NCBI GenBank assembly: GCA_905480105.1
Contig: CAJQPC010000071.1
Coordinates: 55,594-119,593, forward strand
DNA: 64,000 nucleotides
Source: an uncultured bacterium
Lineage (GTDB): Bacteria; Myxococcota_A; UBA796; CAJQPC01
Reading direction: 5' to 3'
This document shows, in pieces, positions 59,928 through 64,000 of the stretch. The notes below the pieces were generated by a model, which saw only the letters and a program-made list of their open reading frames with translations, had not been told where the DNA came from and made no database searches. The translations under genes and the position numbers were made by a program. The stretch's first letter is position 1. Every line of letters starts with the position of its first letter.

Positions 59928-61002
59928 GAATCACGTCCTGGCGCTTCTCATCATAGAAGGACTGCAGGTCCTCTTTACTCACCGGCTGGCTGGTGATGAA
60001 CACCGCGTTCTCGCTGGTGCCCTTGCACTTACGAGAAGCGGCAATGTCGTACTCCCAACTGTAGCTGGCGCCATCTACCTGGGCGGCGATCTGGTCGGGC
60101 CAGGCATTGCCTGCTTCCTCCAAAACGCCCATGTGCACGCCGACCATCTGGTTGCCCTTTTTACAGACGGCGGTCTCGACCACGACCACGCCGTACTGCA
60201 GCTTTCCGTCAACCATCCGGTCCTGGTAGCGCGCGCCGGCCAGAGCGTTCGCCTCGGCTTCGGCGCCAAGCGACAACAAGGTCGTGCGGGCCTGCTCAAT
60301 GGCCTTGGGGGGCAATTGAGGGGCCATTTCCACGATGGCGGCCACGGCCAACTGGGTCGTCTCGACGTTCTGACCTTCCAGGCCACCTACCTGCGCAGCG
60401 TCGGCGAAGGCGTTGACCACATAGGTCAGTTCCTCCTCGTTCTCGAGCTCGCCCAGAAGGCGCTCAAGGGTGGGTATGGAGTCCTTCCCCAAGTTGCGCG
60501 CGTAGACCTCGACCACACCGAAGAATCGGGTCCGGTCACCCGCAGACCCGTCCACCTCGGACTGCAGAAAAGCCTGTACGTCCTCGTTTCGGCACTCCGC
60601 CAAGGAGCGGTACCAGCGGTCCGTCCAAAAGGACTCTCCCAGTGTCGCTGCAGCGCCGGTCAAGAACGTAGAGACCTGTTCATTGCCGTTGCATGCTGTG
60701 CCAAGCGACGCCACCGCACGGCTGCGCTCATCGGACTGCAGGCCACCGATGTAGCCCATCGCCGCATCGTTCGCGCCCACCTTTACGGCGGTCACCAACA
60801 CTTGATTCCCCTCCGCTCCAGCGAGCACTTTCTCGAATGCCTGGGGCGCCGACTTGGCAGCCAGATCCGCGTCACACTCGGCCATTGCCTTGAACGCGAC
60901 CGGTATTCCCGCAGGCGTGGCCTCTGCCAGCCCAGCCTTTAAGATCTTTGTGCTGCAGTCTTGGGCCGAAGCAGTGGAGAGAGCGAGCAAAAGAGTCAAC
61001 AT
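59872..61002 (-). CDS. hypothetical secreted protein
   Basis: Signal MLTLLLALSTASAQDCS; 376 aa, A/E-rich helical. Confidence 0.6.
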   Translation of the reverse strand: MLTLLLALSTASAQDCSTKILKAGLAEATPAGIPVAFKAMAECDADLAAKSAPQAFEKVLAGAEGNQVLVTAVKVGANDAAMGYIGGLQSDERSRAVASLGTACNGNEQVSTFLTGAAATLGESFWTDRWYRSLAECRNEDVQAFLQSEVDGSAGDRTRFFGVVEVYARNLGKDSIPTLERLLGELENEEELTYVVNAFADAAQVGGLEGQNVETTQLAVAAIVEMAPQLPPKAIEQARTTLLSLGAEAEANALAGARYQDRMVDGKLQYGVVVVETAVCKKGNQMVGVHMGVLEEAGNAWPDQIAAQVDGASYSWEYDIAASRKCKGTSENAVFITSQPVSKEDLQSFYDEKRQDVIRAAQGDIMEIPEAAALQL

Positions 61003-61091
61003 GAGGTTGCGATCCTGGGAGCCGGGGGAAGAGGTGCTTCGATACCCCGTAAGGGGCTCGTGTCAAGACCTCGGAGTCTACAACCCAAAGC

Positions 61092-62657
61092 TCAGTCCGC
61101 GTACTCCATCTCGGCCGCAGCGGCCCTCATCTTACGTGCCTGACGCAATGTCTTGGCGAAATTCGTGATCATCGACAGGCTAGGCTTTTCGGCATTGAAG
61201 AACAAAAAGGAAAACAGCCCGCTGGCCTGCATGTACTTGTAGACGTCCTGCCAGTTGTCGATGCCTTCTAAGTGACGCGCCAGAGTGACGGGCCTGAAAT
61301 AGAACTCTCGGTAGAACTGGCGGTGGTAGTCGATCAGATCCTGAGACTCCAAGCCCCAAGGGACAAACGTCGGCTCCCAAAACGAGGACTCGCTGGTCGT
61401 CTCGGTGATCACCCGGCCCCACTTGCTGCCCTCGCGCTGCCAGGTCTCCATCTGCGGCGTTTTAGGCAGCAAAGTGTTGATCTGCACTGTCACGTCATGA
61501 AGGGGAATGGACTTCGCGAACGCGATGGTCTCCTTGATGGTCTCGTGGGTATCCGGCATGTGCCCGACCATGAAGAAGGCCTTGGGCCGCAGACCAACCT
61601 CGTGCGCCCAGGTGATGGCGTCGCGGATCTTTTCCTTGGTGATCCCCTTGGAGATAAAGTCCAGCACTTGGTCGCTTCCGCTCTCAACGCCAAAGCGAGT
61701 GCGCCAACAGCCGGCGTCCTTCATGCGCTGAAGCATCTCCTTGTCCACAACCTCGACGCGAGAGGAGCAGGTCCAAGAAACCTTCACGCCGCGGCGAATA
61801 ATCTCGTCGCAAATCTTCATGACGCGGCGCTTGTTCGCACAAAAGAGGCTGTCCACAAAGGCCAGGTCCTTCACTCCGTAGTCGCGCACCAAGTGCTCGA
61901 TTTCGTCCACCACCGCCTCGGGACTTCGGCTGCGGTATCCCGTGCGGCTCTTCTGACAGAACGCACAGGCGTGGGGACAGCCCCTGGAGCTCACCATTGC
62001 GAACTTGGGCATGGCGTGCTCATCGACAGGGATGGGCTTGTATAGGTCCGGAGGCAGCAGATGCCGGGCAGGCAAAGGCAGCTCGTCCAGCTTTCGGAAG
62101 GCCTTTCGATGCGGGGTATGCTGCACCACATCGTGCTCATCGCGGTAGACGATGCCCTCGATGTCCGCCAGTTCTCGGTCACCCTTGTAGTGCTCCACCA
62201 CCTCGACCATCGTGTGTTCGGCCTCGTGGATGACCCCCAAGTCAAAGCACTTGAACGCCAGGGCCTCTTCCGGCACCAACGTCACGTGGTAGCCGCCCAG
62301 GACAATCGGCACGTCAGGGAGCACCTGCTTGAGCATCTGAGCAAGCTCTACGGCCCCATCAAAGACCACCGTGGTGGAGCCAATGCCGATAATGTCTGGC
62401 TTGAATTCCTGAATGCGCTGGACTGTGCCCGGTATATCCAGAAGCTCAGCCGCCGCATCCAGCACCGCCATCTCCTCGCCCTGCTGCTCGAGCATGGCGG
62501 CGATGTAGAGCAGGCCAAGCGGAGCTGAGTTGTAGAACAGGTAGCTGGTGACCGGGTCCACGTTGCCGTCGCGAAGGACGGAGTCCAGAGGTGGGTTGAT
62601 CAAGATAATGCGCACAAGCTCTCCAACGGCTGGACTGTCCCAGCATAGTCGGAGCAT
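61092..62657 (-). CDS. B12-binding radical SAM protein
   Basis: ILINPPLDSV; SRGCPHACAFCQKSRTGYRSRSPEAVVDEIEHLVRDYGVKDLAFVDSLF; start uncertain (GTG near 62615 also possible). Confidence 0.9.
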   Translation of the reverse strand: MLRLCWDSPAVGELVRIILINPPLDSVLRDGNVDPVTSYLFYNSAPLGLLYIAAMLEQQGEEMAVLDAAAELLDIPGTVQRIQEFKPDIIGIGSTTVVFDGAVELAQMLKQVLPDVPIVLGGYHVTLVPEEALAFKCFDLGVIHEAEHTMVEVVEHYKGDRELADIEGIVYRDEHDVVQHTPHRKAFRKLDELPLPARHLLPPDLYKPIPVDEHAMPKFAMVSSRGCPHACAFCQKSRTGYRSRSPEAVVDEIEHLVRDYGVKDLAFVDSLFCANKRRVMKICDEIIRRGVKVSWTCSSRVEVVDKEMLQRMKDAGCWRTRFGVESGSDQVLDFISKGITKEKIRDAITWAHEVGLRPKAFFMVGHMPDTHETIKETIAFAKSIPLHDVTVQINTLLPKTPQMETWQREGSKWGRVITETTSESSFWEPTFVPWGLESQDLIDYHRQFYREFYFRPVTLARHLEGIDNWQDVYKYMQASGLFSFLFFNAEKPSLSMITNFAKTLRQARKMRAAAAEMEYAD

Positions 62658-62706
62658 AGAACCTCGACGCTGCTGCAATCCAGTTAGCAGCCAAGTGTGA
62701 CGGAGG

Positions 62707-63258
62707 TTGCGCATCGATAACGCTGAGTTCTTTAAAGACATGCTGGTCGGCCACGAGCGCGTTCACCATATTTTGGGCGCTCCCGGGCCGCGCGTGAAAG
62801 AGCTGAACCACTGGTATCAACTGGCGCTCACGGACTACCGCATTCTGGTGGTCAAGATGGTCGCCAAGGACGGAGCACCGGGGTGGACGAGCGACAAGCG
62901 CTGGGCCATGAACCGCGACACAGTGCACATCGGCCAATACCCCCGCACCACCACCTCGACCGCGCGCTTGGAGATCCAGGGCTTCCCGGAGCCCATCCAA
63001 CTCGTGGATATCGACCGCCCGGATCTGCACCCGTACATCCCGCCCTTTCTGGCCTCTTGGAACCGTCCGGTCGCCGGCGTGGCTGAGATTGCCGCCCAGC
63101 CAAAGCACCTCTCGGATCCCGACCCCGATGAGCGCGTCAAGACCGACAACACCTTGTTCGTGGCGCTGGGCGGCGGCGCGGCGATGCTCTTTTTGTGTTG
63201 CGGAGGCAGCATCGTGGTCCGCACGGTCTTTGCACTAGCCAGCGGGCTTCTTCGATGA
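62707..63258 (+). CDS. hypothetical protein with C-terminal transmembrane segment
   Basis: 183 aa ending VALGGGAAMLFLCCGGSIVVRTVFALASGLLR; ATGA overlap with next gene. Confidence 0.55.
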   Translation: MRIDNAEFFKDMLVGHERVHHILGAPGPRVKELNHWYQLALTDYRILVVKMVAKDGAPGWTSDKRWAMNRDTVHIGQYPRTTTSTARLEIQGFPEPIQLVDIDRPDLHPYIPPFLASWNRPVAGVAEIAAQPKHLSDPDPDERVKTDNTLFVALGGGAAMLFLCCGGSIVVRTVFALASGLLR

Positions 63259-64000
63259 ACCCTCTCAAAGGGGCTAGCCCCAAAGACTTGGCCCGCTGGG
63301 CCTTTTGGGTGCCCTTTCGTAGAGCTCTGCGCCCGGAGCACCCCGAGCAGTTGGCGACGCTCTATCCTCTGTGGCGGGCCCAGTACCAAGCCGCACGCGT
63401 ACAACGAGACGAAATGGCCAAGGAGATGGTGCTCAGCTTTGGTGATGCCCGAGAAGAGCGCCTGCAGGACGCCTACCGTGTGGCCTTTCGGGTTCACTTA
63501 GAAGAACTGCTGTTGGGAAAGCTCAACCCCGACACCGTCGATCACTACATGACGTGGCAGGGCAAGGAGCACCTGGACGCCGCACTGGCCCGGGGAAAGG
63601 GCGCCATCATCGTGCTGCCCCACGCCGGAAACATCATGATGATGATCGCCAGAATCAGCCTGAGCGGAATTCCCTACACCCAGTACGCAGCCAGGGGTAT
63701 GGCGCCGGAAGCTGTGGCCCTGGAGAACCCCGACGTCTTTGGCCACACCCCTCTGCGGGCCCAAGTTCGAGCAGCCCGTGAAGCGAACGAGGACATGCTG
63801 CCCGCCCGCTACTTGACCCTGGAGACACCGGTGCGCGAGCTCTTTCGCCGCTTGGCCGCCAACGAGACGGTGGGCATCGCCTACGACGGGCGCATCGGCA
63901 GCCGCTTTGTGCGCACCCCTTACCTGGGGCGACAGGCACTGCTAAACCCTGGTGCCTTTCGAATCGCTGCCCGGACAGGGGCAGCCTTGGTGCCGATCTT
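63255..64000 (+). CDS. LpxL-like lysophospholipid/lipid A acyltransferase, truncated by window end
   Basis: Translated from ATG 63255: GKEHLDAALARGKGAIIVLPHAGNIMMM (H-x4-D/N region), VGIAYDGRIGSRFVRTPYLGRQALLNPGAFRIAARTGAALVPI. Confidence 0.75.
   Translation, partial: MNPLKGASPKDLARWAFWVPFRRALRPEHPEQLATLYPLWRAQYQAARVQRDEMAKEMVLSFGDAREERLQDAYRVAFRVHLEELLLGKLNPDTVDHYMTWQGKEHLDAALARGKGAIIVLPHAGNIMMMIARISLSGIPYTQYAARGMAPEAVALENPDVFGHTPLRAQVRAAREANEDMLPARYLTLETPVRELFRRLAANETVGIAYDGRIGSRFVRTPYLGRQALLNPGAFRIAARTGAALVPI

Overview
This 64 kb window is a gene-dense, high-GC bacterial chromosome segment. Many short-signal lipoproteins carry D/T/G-rich linkers, which suggests Myxococcota or a related lineage (inference only). 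Most of it is ordinary housekeeping and secreted-protein content: VanW-like protein, thioesterase, GluQ-like synthetase, penicillin acylase, GH92, S41 peptidase, two B12-type radical SAM proteins, DUF1501 pair, SNF2 helicase, RluA-type pseudouridine synthase, POT transporter, ThiG/ThiE, Ni-SOD cassette, malate dehydrogenase, threonine aldolase, GpmI and a fused E1 dehydrogenase. I found no convincing tRNA, rRNA, CRISPR array or transposon. The strongest candidate for something undescribed is a roughly 1.6-1.7 kb region without credible coding sequence (about 53,222-54,800), in the ~1.95 kb gap between the E1 gene and a lipoprotein gene. Read on the minus strand it is purine-rich and full of short perfect hairpins, several with GNRA- or UUCG-type loops. 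It has an AT-rich upstream segment and a strong 13-bp terminator-like hairpin at its 3' end. I propose a giant structured noncoding RNA. Secondary points are a POT transporter with an inserted HhH-like domain, a SodN/SodX/metal-transporter cassette, a divergent pair of unknown genes beside the RNA (one ATPase-like without a Walker A, one with an HTH-like N-terminus), an orphan SinR/Cas2-like small protein, and tandem 18-bp dyads spaced 21 bp apart. All family assignments come from reading motifs by eye; no database search was run.
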